Below, in pieces: positions 27,782 to 36,755 of a stretch of DNA of 64,000 bases. The DNA comes from an uncultured Collinsella sp. (GTDB lineage: Bacteria; Actinomycetota; Coriobacteriia; Coriobacteriales; Coriobacteriaceae). The stretch lies in NCBI GenBank assembly GCA_900547125.1, contig URFU01000001.1, positions 7,731 to 71,730 on the forward strand, read 5' to 3'. Every line of letters starts with the position of its first letter. The stretch's first letter is position 1. The notes under the pieces are model-generated. The model was not told the origin of the DNA. It ran no database searches and was given only the letters and a program-made list of their open reading frames with translations. The translations under genes were made by a program, and so were the position numbers.

Positions 27782-29476
27782 CTATTTGGCCAGCTCCTGA
27801 ACGATCCAGTCAATTGCGCCTTCGGGATCGTTGGTAAGGTCGATATACTCCTTGCCCCTTGTGGTGAGCAGTTTAATTCCAAGGCGATCGGTATCGGCCT
27901 TCATAGCGTCATAGTACATGCGTGCCTGGGGTGCCAGAACAATCACGTTGTACTGATCCATCGTCTCATAGTGGCTTCCGTACGCACCGGACTGAGAAAC
28001 CAGATCGATACCCTTAGCAGCGGCACCTTCGCGAAGAGCATTTGCCAAGAGAGTCGAAGTGCCAGCACCCTGGCAAAGCACAAGCACGCGGATCTGCTCC
28101 GCCTTGTCCTTTACCGCCTCGAGAGCTTTTGCGACATTTTCCTGTGCGGCAATAGCATCTGCATCCGAGGTTCCTGCAGTCTCCTTTGCAGACTCTTCCA
28201 AACAAAGCTGATGGTCATACGCCTTGCAGAACGGATAGTAAATCACAAAGTCAACGACCAACAGCACTGCCATCAATACGAGAGAACGCAGATCGAGACC
28301 CGTGGTGAGGAATGCACCGATTGGGCCGGGAAGCGCCCACGGCATGGTATACATGGGGGCGTTCATTCCAATGACGTCAATGAAAAATTTACCGATAATG
28401 GCGTTGACCATAGGAGCCACTAGGAAGGGCACGAACATATAGGGATTGAGAACAATCGGCATACCGAAGATAACGGGCTCGTTAACTCCAAAAATCACCG
28501 GGATAATCGATGCCTTGCCCATGGCTTTAAGCTGCTTGGAGCGCATAAACATGATCAGGATAATAGGAACGATGAACGTGCAGCCAGAACCGCCCAGACC
28601 GCCGATGAAGCTTGTAAAGTCCTGCGTGAGAGCAATTGACGGGTGTCCACCTGCTTGGAAAACCTCAAGATTGGTAACGGTATTGCCGTAGAGCGCAGCA
28701 TTGATCGGACTCATGACAACCGAAGCACCGTGGATACCCATAAATTGGAAAAGCGCGACCGCGCCTTCGATAAGCGCCATGCCAGGATAGGTATCGACCG
28801 CGGAGAACAGCGGCGAGATGAGAGCGGATACCAAATTGGCGAACGGCACAGCAAGCAGCTTGCGGCTCGCAAGATCGATAAAAGCGCACGCAAGGATCGA
28901 AAACCCAAATGCAAAGATATCGCGAAAACTCTGCGCAATAGAGCCAGGGACCTCTTTGGGAAGCTTGATCGTCACATTATGGCTAATGCACACCTTATAG
29001 ATATTAACGGTCAAGAATGCGGCTACGAACGCAGCGAGAAAACCCTTGGTTCCCATATAGCCGGTTTCAAAAACAGATGTATCTGCTCCGACAATCGAGA
29101 CAACATCGTTCGTCACCGATAGCAAGAGCATGCCGCACATGGCACAAACCATGCACGAGGTGGGGTTGAGAGATTTACCCGAAGGCATGCGACGGTTCAT
29201 CGACATGGCAAGTGAGCTCGCCGTGGTGCCGGCCACCATAATGCCAAGAAGTCCCATGGTATATGCATAGATTTTATTGAAGAAATCCAGCACCTCAGAC
29301 GGAAGCGTGATGCCTACATAGGCAGGGAGCGTCGAAAGAAGAAGGAACAGGCTCGAGAACAGCACAATTGGCATATTCGAGAGAAAGCCATCCTTAATCG
29401 CCACCAGATAAATGTTCCTCGAGATTTTGTCGAAGAGGGGCTGGTGTTTTTCAAGGAATTTGACGATAGCGTCCAT
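27782..29476 (-). CDS. PTS lactose-family IICB, fourth and more divergent paralog.
   Basis: MDAIVKFLEKHQPLFDKISRNIYLVAIKDGF…, C-terminal IIB (RVLVLCQGAGTSTLLA). Start at cat 29474-29476 with an AAAGGA RBS. Lower GC than modules 1-3. Confidence 0.85.
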   Translation of the reverse strand: MDAIVKFLEKHQPLFDKISRNIYLVAIKDGFLSNMPIVLFSSLFLLLSTLPAYVGITLPSEVLDFFNKIYAYTMGLLGIMVAGTTASSLAMSMNRRMPSGKSLNPTSCMVCAMCGMLLLSVTNDVVSIVGADTSVFETGYMGTKGFLAAFVAAFLTVNIYKVCISHNVTIKLPKEVPGSIAQSFRDIFAFGFSILACAFIDLASRKLLAVPFANLVSALISPLFSAVDTYPGMALIEGAVALFQFMGIHGASVVMSPINAALYGNTVTNLEVFQAGGHPSIALTQDFTSFIGGLGGSGCTFIVPIILIMFMRSKQLKAMGKASIIPVIFGVNEPVIFGMPIVLNPYMFVPFLVAPMVNAIIGKFFIDVIGMNAPMYTMPWALPGPIGAFLTTGLDLRSLVLMAVLLVVDFVIYYPFCKAYDHQLCLEESAKETAGTSDADAIAAQENVAKALEAVKDKAEQIRVLVLCQGAGTSTLLANALREGAAAKGIDLVSQSGAYGSHYETMDQYNVIVLAPQARMYYDAMKADTDRLGIKLLTTRGKEYIDLTNDPEGAIDWIVQELAK

Positions 29477-29655
29477 AACACATCCTTTCATGATTCCCGG
29501 GCACACAACGATTTATCCGGACTCAACCGTCGTCGTCCCCGTTTGTATCCACTTATGTAAGTGAATACGTTCTTGTGCGAAATGTAATATCATTTGCGCG
29601 ATTTGTCATAACCAATTCTTTTTCCGCTTTGTCGATATGTCAAGAATTCAAATAC

Positions 29656-29752
29656 TTATTCGGTGAACGGTAGTTGATTAATATAATGTTTTCCCAGCTA
29701 AAGGCTATTTTTTCCGAGCAATACAATAAGCTTGCAACCGTTCACCGATTGG
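29656..29752. promoter_or_regulatory. Inverted pair of the GGTGAACGGTAGTT motif in the divergent promoter region.
   Basis: cggtgaacggtagtt at 29661-29675 and aaccgttcaccg at 29736-29747. The region is AT-rich. Confidence 0.55.
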
Positions 29753-29832
29753 ATATAACATATTGAATATATTGTTGTAACAATATTAGAGACAATGTCA
29801 CAAGCCTGTCGTTCTAGTCAAAGGAAGTAACA

Positions 29833-30753
29833 ATGCCCAAACGATTACTGAACATGTCCGCATCCGATTTTGCCGCCACGTCATCCATGGATCTAAAACA
29901 GGCAATTCTGGCTTCCGAGGGACGTACCATCATGGCGGAAAACGTACCCTCTTCCCAATTTCTCGGCGGCGTTACTAATGCAGAAATCGAACGTGCCGCA
30001 GGTGCCGACCTGCTTCTGTTTAACGCGCTCGATGTGTTCGATCCAGTTATTGCCGGTATTCCAGATGATCTCAATGAAAACCCGGTCACTTGGGTGAAGC
30101 GAGCATGCGGAAGGCCCATTGGCGTCAATCTGGAGCCAGTTGATAACGAGGCAGAGATGTCTGAATCCCGAACGGAAATCCCCATGGGTCGTCGCGTCTC
30201 TCCCAAGACCTTAGAAAAGGCTAACGAACTCGGATTTGATTTTATCTGCCTGACGGGCAACCCTGGAACCGGCGTCTCCAACGATGCAATCGCCCATTCG
30301 ATTAAACTCTCCAAAGAGCATTTCAATGGCCTGGTCATAGCCGGAAAAATGCATGGAGCGGGCGTTGCGGAACCTGTCATGACGCTCGAAATTGCGCGCA
30401 AGTTTGTTGACCTCGGCGTCGATATCCTTCTCGTGCCAGCCCCCTACACCGTCCCTTGCTTCCAAGAAGCAGACCTGCGCGCCATCGTAGACTTTGTACG
30501 ATCCCACAACGTAGGCAAGTCAATTGAAGAGAAGGTTCTCGTCATGGCGGCGAACGGGACGAGTCAAGACTCCTGCGACAGCGAGACCATTAAGAAAATA
30601 GGCCTTGCAGCAAAAGCAGCCGGCGCTGACCTCCAACATATCGGGGACTCCATGAACGGTATTTGCCTGCCCCAGAATATCTTCACGCTCGGACAAGCCC
30701 TTCGTGGATACAGGCATCAGATCGTCATGCTGAGCCGCTCTGTGATACGTTAA
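29833..30753 (+). CDS. Hypothetical protein, possibly a TIM-barrel sugar-phosphate enzyme. No confident family assignment.
   Basis: 306-aa ORF with good coding periodicity. Gly-rich phosphate-binding-like loops (LTGNPGTGVS, IAGKMHGAG). Sits divergent from IICB4 and upstream of a GntR regulator. Confidence 0.5.
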   Translation: MPKRLLNMSASDFAATSSMDLKQAILASEGRTIMAENVPSSQFLGGVTNAEIERAAGADLLLFNALDVFDPVIAGIPDDLNENPVTWVKRACGRPIGVNLEPVDNEAEMSESRTEIPMGRRVSPKTLEKANELGFDFICLTGNPGTGVSNDAIAHSIKLSKEHFNGLVIAGKMHGAGVAEPVMTLEIARKFVDLGVDILLVPAPYTVPCFQEADLRAIVDFVRSHNVGKSIEEKVLVMAANGTSQDSCDSETIKKIGLAAKAAGADLQHIGDSMNGICLPQNIFTLGQALRGYRHQIVMLSRSVIR

Positions 30754-30807
30754 GGTTACCTTGCCCACGTTACATCCCGACTGAGGCAACCATCAGGTAT
30801 AACCAAC

Positions 30808-31545
30808 ATGCAAACTGAGGCTCTAATGCTCGATACACACGAAAAACGGCCACTCTATTTACAGCTCACCGACGCGCTGCTCAAGCAGATCGTCGATGAA
30901 TATCAAGCAGACGATAAACTTCCAACAGAAATGGAACTCTGCGACGAATACGCCGTAAGCAGAACAACCGTCCGACTTGCCATGAGTGAGCTGGAGCGTC
31001 GTGGAAGTATCTATCGAATCCAAGGTAAGGGGTCGTTTGTTGCACCGAAACGCGTTAGCGAGCTCAATTCACTTTTAGACTTTGACTTTGCAAGCCATTG
31101 CGATGGCGTTGATCCAGATGCCATTACCAAACATTTCGGCGGCCTCACATCAGGTCGTCCAATTTCCGTAATGATGCTCCAACAATTTGGATGTCAAAGT
31201 CGCGACAAAATTCAGCGTCTTGAATTGACCTACGAACTTGAAGGCAGCTTCATAGGCGCTGATACGTTCTTCATTTCAAAGTCGCGCGTTCCAAATAACC
31301 AGTTAGATTTTCAGGCATTTAGCAGAATCATGGACGACTTGTCCAAGTCTATCCAATCTGTTAGGGAAAGCTATAGAGCACGTCAGCTTAGCGATTCCGA
31401 AGCCAGTAATTATGGTGTTGCAAAACTTCCGGTCATCGAACTGACTCATTATGCTTACGACTCCGGAGGCAAACTAATCTCAATTGTCTGCCGCACCGTC
31501 TTAACTGGGCGAATCCCTTATCAAAACTTTATTTTCAAGTCCTAA
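30808..31545 (+). CDS. GntR/HutC-family transcriptional regulator (UTRA effector domain).
   Basis: N-terminal winged [43 protein letters not shown]. Possible start at 30826. Confidence 0.8.
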   Translation: MQTEALMLDTHEKRPLYLQLTDALLKQIVDEYQADDKLPTEMELCDEYAVSRTTVRLAMSELERRGSIYRIQGKGSFVAPKRVSELNSLLDFDFASHCDGVDPDAITKHFGGLTSGRPISVMMLQQFGCQSRDKIQRLELTYELEGSFIGADTFFISKSRVPNNQLDFQAFSRIMDDLSKSIQSVRESYRARQLSDSEASNYGVAKLPVIELTHYAYDSGGKLISIVCRTVLTGRIPYQNFIFKS

Positions 31546-31556
31546 TGTTCTTTTTC

Positions 31557-31700
31557 TTTTGTCTCGATCTGTAACACGTAGCCGAGTTTTTAAGTCCTAA
31601 CCGTTACAGATCGAGACAAACAAGGTAGGCCCCGCCGAATTGTCTCAATCTGTAACATCTGGTTGGTGGTTTCACCCCTACCTGTTACAGGTTGAGACGA
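31557..31700. repeat. Palindromic hairpin element family A, two tandem units.
   Basis: ttttgtctcgatctgtaaca[cgtagccgagtttttaagtcctaacc]gttacagatcgagacaaac, then ttgtctcaatctgtaaca[tctggttggtggtttcacccctacc]tgttacaggttgagacga. Confidence 0.85.
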
Positions 31701-31817
31701 TTTGATAGTGGAGTCCTTATTTGCGCGTCATATCGCGTAGCGCTGACGCGCTGGTTTCCACAATGACAGGAGGTAAAAGTCCTCCCGCATCACCCGTTGG
31801 CAATCCCGTAGCGATAA

Positions 31818-32609
31818 CTAGCAAATAACCTGCGTGTGTTCCTCGATGGCGGCACGATCCTCGGCGGCGATGCCCGGCTCGCACACCACGGCGTCCAAAT
31901 TGTCCAGGCGGCAGAAGGTGTAGAAGTCGCGCTTGCCGATCTTGCTGGAGTCGGCGATCAGATAGCGCGAGTCGGCCTTGCTAAAGGCGAGCTGCTGGAT
32001 GCGGCCCTCTTCCATATTGGATGTAGACACGTCGCCGTCCAGAATGCCGTTGGCACCGATAAACGCCGCGTCGATGCCCAGCGCACGCAGGGTATCCTCG
32101 GCCGTTGGTCCCACAAAAGCGGCGGTGCGGCGACGGTACATGCCGCCCACCAGGCACAGGTCGCAGTCTTCGCGCGCCTCGAGCAGGTTAAACACCGAAA
32201 GCGAATTGGTCACAATGCGCAGGCGAAACGCCGGCAGCATCGAGGCCATCTGCTCAACCGTGGTGCCCGTGCCCAAAAAGATGGTCGAGCCTTCCTCGAT
32301 AAGCTCCACAGAACGGCGCGCAATCTGCAACTTTTCCTCGGCATGCTTCGTGCGCTTTTCGCTGTGCGAATACTCATGGCGCAGCATAGCGTGTGGACGG
32401 CCCTGCGCACTGCGGGCTCCGCCGTGCACGCGCTCGATCTCGCCCAGGCTCGCAAGCTCCTCAAGGTCACGGCGGATCGTCATATCCGAGACACCTAACG
32501 CATCCGAAATCTCCTTGACCGAGACCGTTCCCTGTTCCTCGAGCAGCTGCCGAACCTTATCCTGTCGCTCCGCTTTAATCACGATGAGTCCTCGCTGTTC
32601 CACGCTCAC
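31818..32609 (-). CDS. DeoR-family transcriptional regulator (LacR/AgaR-like).
   Basis: N-terminal DeoR HTH (VSVKEISDALGVSDMTIRRDLEEL) plus a C-terminal DeoR sugar-phosphate-binding domain. It is the parent copy of the 27279 fragment. Confidence 0.85.
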   Translation of the reverse strand: MSVEQRGLIVIKAERQDKVRQLLEEQGTVSVKEISDALGVSDMTIRRDLEELASLGEIERVHGGARSAQGRPHAMLRHEYSHSEKRTKHAEEKLQIARRSVELIEEGSTIFLGTGTTVEQMASMLPAFRLRIVTNSLSVFNLLEAREDCDLCLVGGMYRRRTAAFVGPTAEDTLRALGIDAAFIGANGILDGDVSTSNMEEGRIQQLAFSKADSRYLIADSSKIGKRDFYTFCRLDNLDAVVCEPGIAAEDRAAIEEHTQVIC

Positions 32610-32787
32610 GTCAATTCAAACAATAACGAACAAATTGTATCAGACTCGCGCGCGTCAGAAATGAACGCCCGCACAGCTCCAATCATCACTTTTTTGAGAA
32701 AAATACCCCCTGCTTTAGTGGGGTGTAGTGATAATCTCGCCTGTTCGCGCTACAGTTTGTCCGAAATACCTCGATGTTAGGAACCAA

Positions 32788-33840
32788 ATGATCACTTCCG
32801 AGCTTTTCGGCACCGCGCCGTGCGGTACCCCCGTTCATTGTTACACCCTCAACGGGCCCGAGATCTGCGTTCGCATTATGGACTATGGCGCCACCGTGTT
32901 GGGCATCGACGTGCCCGACATCCCCGGCAACGCGCGCGATGTGGTGCTGGGCTTCGATAAGCTCGAGGATTACTTTGACAACCCCGCCTGCTTTGGCGCG
33001 ACCATCGGACCTGTGGCCAACCGCACTGCAGGTGCCACGATCACCATCGCCGGCACGGACTGGCATATGCCCGCCAACGAGGGCACCAACAACCTGCACA
33101 GCGATCTTGAGCATGGTCTGCACAAGCGCGTATGGGACGTTGAGCTCGACGAGGTCCACAATGCCGTGCGCATGACCACCTCGCTTGAGGACGGTGAGCT
33201 GGGCCTTCCCGGCAACCGCACCTTTACGGCCGTGTTTACCGTGACGCGCACCGGCTGCTTCCGTATCGAATATGGCTGTGAGAGCGACCGCGCCACGTAC
33301 GTGTCCATGACCAACCACACGTACTTTAACCTTGCCGGTCACAACGCCGGCATGGACTGTGAGCACTTCTTTGTTGCTAACGCTGCCCACTACCTGCCCA
33401 TCAACGAGCAGAATATCCCCACCGGAGAGATCGCTCCGGTCGAGGGCACGCCGTTTGACTTCCGTGAGCTGCGCCCCGTCGCGCCCGGCATGGAAGCCGA
33501 CGACCCGCAGATTAAGCAGGCCCGTGGCTACGACCACTGCCTGTGCATCGATGACTATCAATACGGTCGCAACCTGCGCCGCGCCCTGCATGTCGAGGAG
33601 ATGTGGACCGGCCGCGAGCTGGACTACTACACCACCGCCCCGGGCGTGCAGCTCTACACTGGCAATTGGCTGGGCGACGAGCACGCCAAGGACGATGCCA
33701 ACTATAGCTGGGGCGCCGGCTTTGCCCTCGAGGCAGAGATGTACCCCGACACGCCGCACCAGCCGCTGTTCCCGCAGGGCATTGTGGGCCCCGGTCATCC
33801 CTACAGCAATGTGATCGAATACCACTTTATGAGGCACTAG
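32788..33840 (+). CDS. galM: Aldose 1-epimerase (galactose mutarotase).
   Basis: ~350 aa mutarotase-fold protein (…NRTAGATITIAGTDWHMPANEGTNNLHSDLEHGL…). ATG at 32788 preferred over the GTG at 32728 used by the ORF track. Confidence 0.75.
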   Translation: MITSELFGTAPCGTPVHCYTLNGPEICVRIMDYGATVLGIDVPDIPGNARDVVLGFDKLEDYFDNPACFGATIGPVANRTAGATITIAGTDWHMPANEGTNNLHSDLEHGLHKRVWDVELDEVHNAVRMTTSLEDGELGLPGNRTFTAVFTVTRTGCFRIEYGCESDRATYVSMTNHTYFNLAGHNAGMDCEHFFVANAAHYLPINEQNIPTGEIAPVEGTPFDFRELRPVAPGMEADDPQIKQARGYDHCLCIDDYQYGRNLRRALHVEEMWTGRELDYYTTAPGVQLYTGNWLGDEHAKDDANYSWGAGFALEAEMYPDTPHQPLFPQGIVGPGHPYSNVIEYHFMRH

Positions 33841-33867
33841 GCCCACAACGCGACATATTGCACAGCA

Positions 33868-33903
33868 ACGCCCGCCGGCACCACCGCCGACGGGCGTTTT
33901 TTC
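33868..33903 (+). terminator. Rho-independent terminator after galM. Same motif as 5251.
   Basis: aacgcccgccggcaccaccgccgacgggcg followed by ttttttcat. Confidence 0.55.
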
Positions 33904-33954
33904 ATCTTTTGGGCTCAATTTCGCTGAGACTGTATGAGTGACATATCAAAACTA

Positions 33955-34092
33955 TGCCCATTTACTACGTTTAGCCCGGGATGCTCGACCATGCACCGGT
34001 TTTTGCTAAATTCGCGAGCCGCCTACCTGCGGTTTTGTTTTTCTCAAATTCGACATGCTCGGCGATAGCCGATCAAACGTAGTAAATGGGCA
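33955..34092. repeat. 138-bp element bounded by 18-bp perfect inverted repeats.
   Basis: tgcccatttactacgttt (33955-33972) and aaacgtagtaaatgggca (34075-34092). Contains ctacctgcggttttg, which is also found at 45394. Confidence 0.7.
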
Positions 34093-34166
34093 TTGTTTTT
34101 GACAGGCAGCATCGCACGCGTCCCTCGCAAGGGCAAAATGATTCGTTTTTCTCCGTCCCCAAGGGA

Positions 34167-34649
34167 TCAGTTGAACAGATTGCCGATGGGGTCGGGGTTG
34201 GAGCTGGGGAGGTAGCGGATCTCCAGCTCTACTCCGAGCTTTTGCAGTTCTCTGAGAGCAGCGACATCTGCGTCGTCTACGGCAACTGCGGGCGTTGCAG
34301 GACGCTTGCCCTCCCCTGCCTGCATATGGCCAATGCTGATCTTGGTAATCGGCACACCACCCTTAACCAGCGCGAGTGCATCGGCGGGTGAGGCCACCAT
34401 GATCAGAATCCATTGACGCGGCGTTGCGGTATGGATGATGTCGATGGTCCTTTGCACCGAGAAAAACCGTGTCCACACGCCCTCGGGCGCCGCGACCCTC
34501 ATAGGCGCCCATTGGCGCGAATCCGCCGCAATCTCGTCGTTAACGATCAGGACAAGATTGGAACCAATCGCCTCGTTCCACAGCTCAACGTCTTGCCCGT
34601 AAATAAACCGGTCATCGATACGTGTAAGAAGGATCCTGGGTTGAGCCAT
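34167..34649 (-). CDS. PTS mannose/sorbose-family IIB component (orphan copy).
   Basis: MAQPRILLTRIDDRFIYGQ… with the conserved phospho-His region. Paralog of 43903..44385. No adjacent IIA/IIC/IID. Confidence 0.8.
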   Translation of the reverse strand: MAQPRILLTRIDDRFIYGQDVELWNEAIGSNLVLIVNDEIAADSRQWAPMRVAAPEGVWTRFFSVQRTIDIIHTATPRQWILIMVASPADALALVKGGVPITKISIGHMQAGEGKRPATPAVAVDDADVAALRELQKLGVELEIRYLPSSNPDPIGNLFN

Positions 34650-34806
34650 GGCAGCCCCATTCTGTTTGAGACCCATAAGAGCAAGACTTCGCGTTTCCAA
34701 TATTAGTGCATTTAAAGTGAGAAAAGCCGTCAGAACACTTGCGCGGATGTGCGATGTCCCGTATCATAGACAGCCGTTGACGCCTCAGTTGCGTCATCAC
34801 ATGGCC

Positions 34807-34882
34807 GCCAGCGTAGCTCAGTTGGTAGAGCACCGCTCTCGTAAAGCGGGGGTCACCGGTTCGAGCCCGGTCGCTGGCTCCA
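34807..34882 (+). tRNA. tRNA-Thr (anticodon CGT).
   Basis: Cloverleaf GCCAGCG-TA-GCTCAGTTGGTAGAGC-A-CCGCT-CTCGTAA-AGCGG-GGGTC-ACCGG-TTCGAGC-CCGGT-CGCTGGC-T-CCA, with the 7-bp acceptor stem paired and CCA encoded. Confidence 0.85.
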
Positions 34883-34894
34883 TTGCACAAGATA

Positions 34895-34917
34895 GCCGCC
34901 CTCGGGCGGCTTTTTTG
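34895..34917 (+). terminator. Terminator after tRNA-Thr.
   Basis: agccgccctcgggcggct followed by tttttg. Confidence 0.7.
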
Positions 34918-35089
34918 TTGCTGATTTCGGGCGCGCTTCCGCCAATCCAAGCACAACGCCGCCGGAAACTCTCCTACTCAACAAAAGCCCCGCCAACCGC
35001 AATCCCCAAGGGAACCGCGATTAACGGGGCTCAAGCGCGCTCCTCAATGGAATCACGTCATCAGACGAGCAGCTCAGCCGAGCAGTGCG

Positions 35090-35563
35090 TTACTCCTCCC
35101 AGTAAGCGTCTGCAAGCAGCTTAAAGCAGATCTTCTTGACCGGCTGTGCGCCATCGCCCGGGAACTCGAGCGTGGGCATGTGAGGCTCGCCGGCAACAAA
35201 CAGCGCGAACTTGTCGTCGGCAAGATCGCCGGCGATCGAAGCGTCGGAATCGACCAGATCGTAGTCGTCCTTCTCGTCAAACTCCTGAACCAGCGTCAGG
35301 CTGCCCGTGGCAACCTTAAAGGCCTCGCGACCCTCGACGTCGATCTGCAGGTCGTGATAGCGCTGATGCGTCTCATAGTGAGCCTCGGCTTCGGGACGCG
35401 TCGTGGGAGCCATGACGTTCGCAAAGACCTTGTCGCCCAGAATCGGATGGCTGCCGACCTCGAGCTTCGCCGGATCGTTCTCCTCGAGCCAGTCGATCAG
35501 CACGTCGAGGCCCTTGAGCATTCCACGGTACTCCTCGATATCGCCCAATGCACCGTAAATCAT
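35090..35563 (-). CDS. YhcH/YjgK/YiaL-family protein (DUF386, sugar-metabolism associated).
   Basis: 157 aa cupin-like protein, MIYGALGDIEEYRGMLKGLDVLIDWLEEND…. Assignment is from family memory. Confidence 0.6.
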   Translation of the reverse strand: MIYGALGDIEEYRGMLKGLDVLIDWLEENDPAKLEVGSHPILGDKVFANVMAPTTRPEAEAHYETHQRYHDLQIDVEGREAFKVATGSLTLVQEFDEKDDYDLVDSDASIAGDLADDKFALFVAGEPHMPTLEFPGDGAQPVKKICFKLLADAYWEE

Positions 35564-35760
35564 CTAAATCCCCTCTCGGATCGTTTCTTTGGCGGCTACT
35601 CGGCAAACGCATTACCGACGCTGTTGCCACCCACATGCGTCTCGACCAGGGTAAGGTCGGGATTGAACACGACAACGTCGGCGTCGCGCCCCGACATAAT
35701 GCTATCGCACTTGTCGTCGACATGAGCTAGCAACCGATGCCGGGGCCGCAGCACAAGCTC

Positions 35761-36696
35761 CTACAGCTCGGTCACGACAACGCCGTTGTAAACCTCGTCC
35801 CAACGATCCATAACCAAGTGGCCAGTCATGGGATCCATGGCATTGAGCTTGCCGCAGGTGTTGGCGGTACGCAGCACCGTCTCGTCGTCGGCGCCGGCAG
35901 CAATCGCATGTGCGAAACCGGCAATGGTCGAATCGCCAGAGCCCGTAGCGTTAACGGCGGGGATATCGGGGGTCTTGGCGCGGAACGCACGGCCGTTATG
36001 GAAACCAACGGAGCCGGCAGCGCCCATGGATACGACGACCCAGGGGATATCGGAGAAGCGGGCGTCAGAGGCGAGCGCGGAACGGAGCTCGTCCACATCG
36101 TCGGTGGTAAAGCTCGTGCCCAGAAGGCCGTTAATTTCGGTCAGGTTAGGCTTAACCAGCTCAGGCTTGACCTTGGACTTGAGCGCAGCCTCGAGCGAGG
36201 CGCCCGAGGTATCGAGCAGCACCTTGGCGCCGGCGTTCTCGGCAATGCCCGTGATCTTGGCATAGTAGTCTGCCTCGACACCGCGGGGCAGAGAACCCGA
36301 AATGGTGACAACGTCGGCCTTGCCCGCAAGCTCAGTAAATTTGGCGGTAAAGGCATCGAGCTCCTCGGGGGCAATTGTCGGGCCGCTCTCGAGCAGCTCG
36401 GTCTGGTTGCCGGCGTGGAGAATGTTGAGGCAAATTCGAGTCTCGCCCTTGATGGGCACAAAGTCGTTGTTAATACCGTTGGCGTCCATGAGCTCAGCCA
36501 TGTAGGCGCCCATGTGGCCGCCGAGTAGACCGGTTGCCACAACGTCGTCGCCCAGCTGACCCAGCACACGGGCCACGTTGAGGCCCTTGCCGCCGGCGGT
36601 CTTTTCGGGCGTCACGCGGTTGACGTCGTCGATAATGAGCTCATCGAGCTGATAGCGCGTATCGACAGACGGGTTCATCGTAACGGTGAGGATCAT
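35761..36696 (-). CDS. lacC: Tagatose-6-phosphate kinase, second paralog.
   Basis: 311 aa, ~85% identical to 7065..8000 (MILTVTMNPSVDTRYQLDELIIDDVNRV…). Confidence 0.9.
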   Translation of the reverse strand: MILTVTMNPSVDTRYQLDELIIDDVNRVTPEKTAGGKGLNVARVLGQLGDDVVATGLLGGHMGAYMAELMDANGINNDFVPIKGETRICLNILHAGNQTELLESGPTIAPEELDAFTAKFTELAGKADVVTISGSLPRGVEADYYAKITGIAENAGAKVLLDTSGASLEAALKSKVKPELVKPNLTEINGLLGTSFTTDDVDELRSALASDARFSDIPWVVVSMGAAGSVGFHNGRAFRAKTPDIPAVNATGSGDSTIAGFAHAIAAGADDETVLRTANTCGKLNAMDPMTGHLVMDRWDEVYNGVVVTEL

Positions 36697-36755
36697 TTTT
36701 AGCTCCTTATCTCGCAGGCTCCTTGTGCCTCGCGATACGAGTCGACAAAACGGAA

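Noticed and set aside
29833-30753. Confident assignment as tagatose-bisphosphate aldolase.
   Set aside because: Only Gly-rich phosphate-binding-like loops are visible. No diagnostic LacD or class II aldolase motif could be recognised by eye, so it is kept as hypothetical.
15991-31700. Possible CRISPR array or integron attC sites.
   Set aside because: The units are inverted repeats (hairpins) with conserved stems and variable loops. They are not direct repeats separated by spacers. No cas genes or intI integrase are nearby. The conserved boxes fit the attC R'/R'' consensus poorly. Units lie at the ends of convergent genes, not at cassette boundaries.
34086-34391. 101-aa plus ORF near the orphan IIB.
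   Set aside because: It overlaps the minus-strand IIB gene, which has a clear family match. No RBS.
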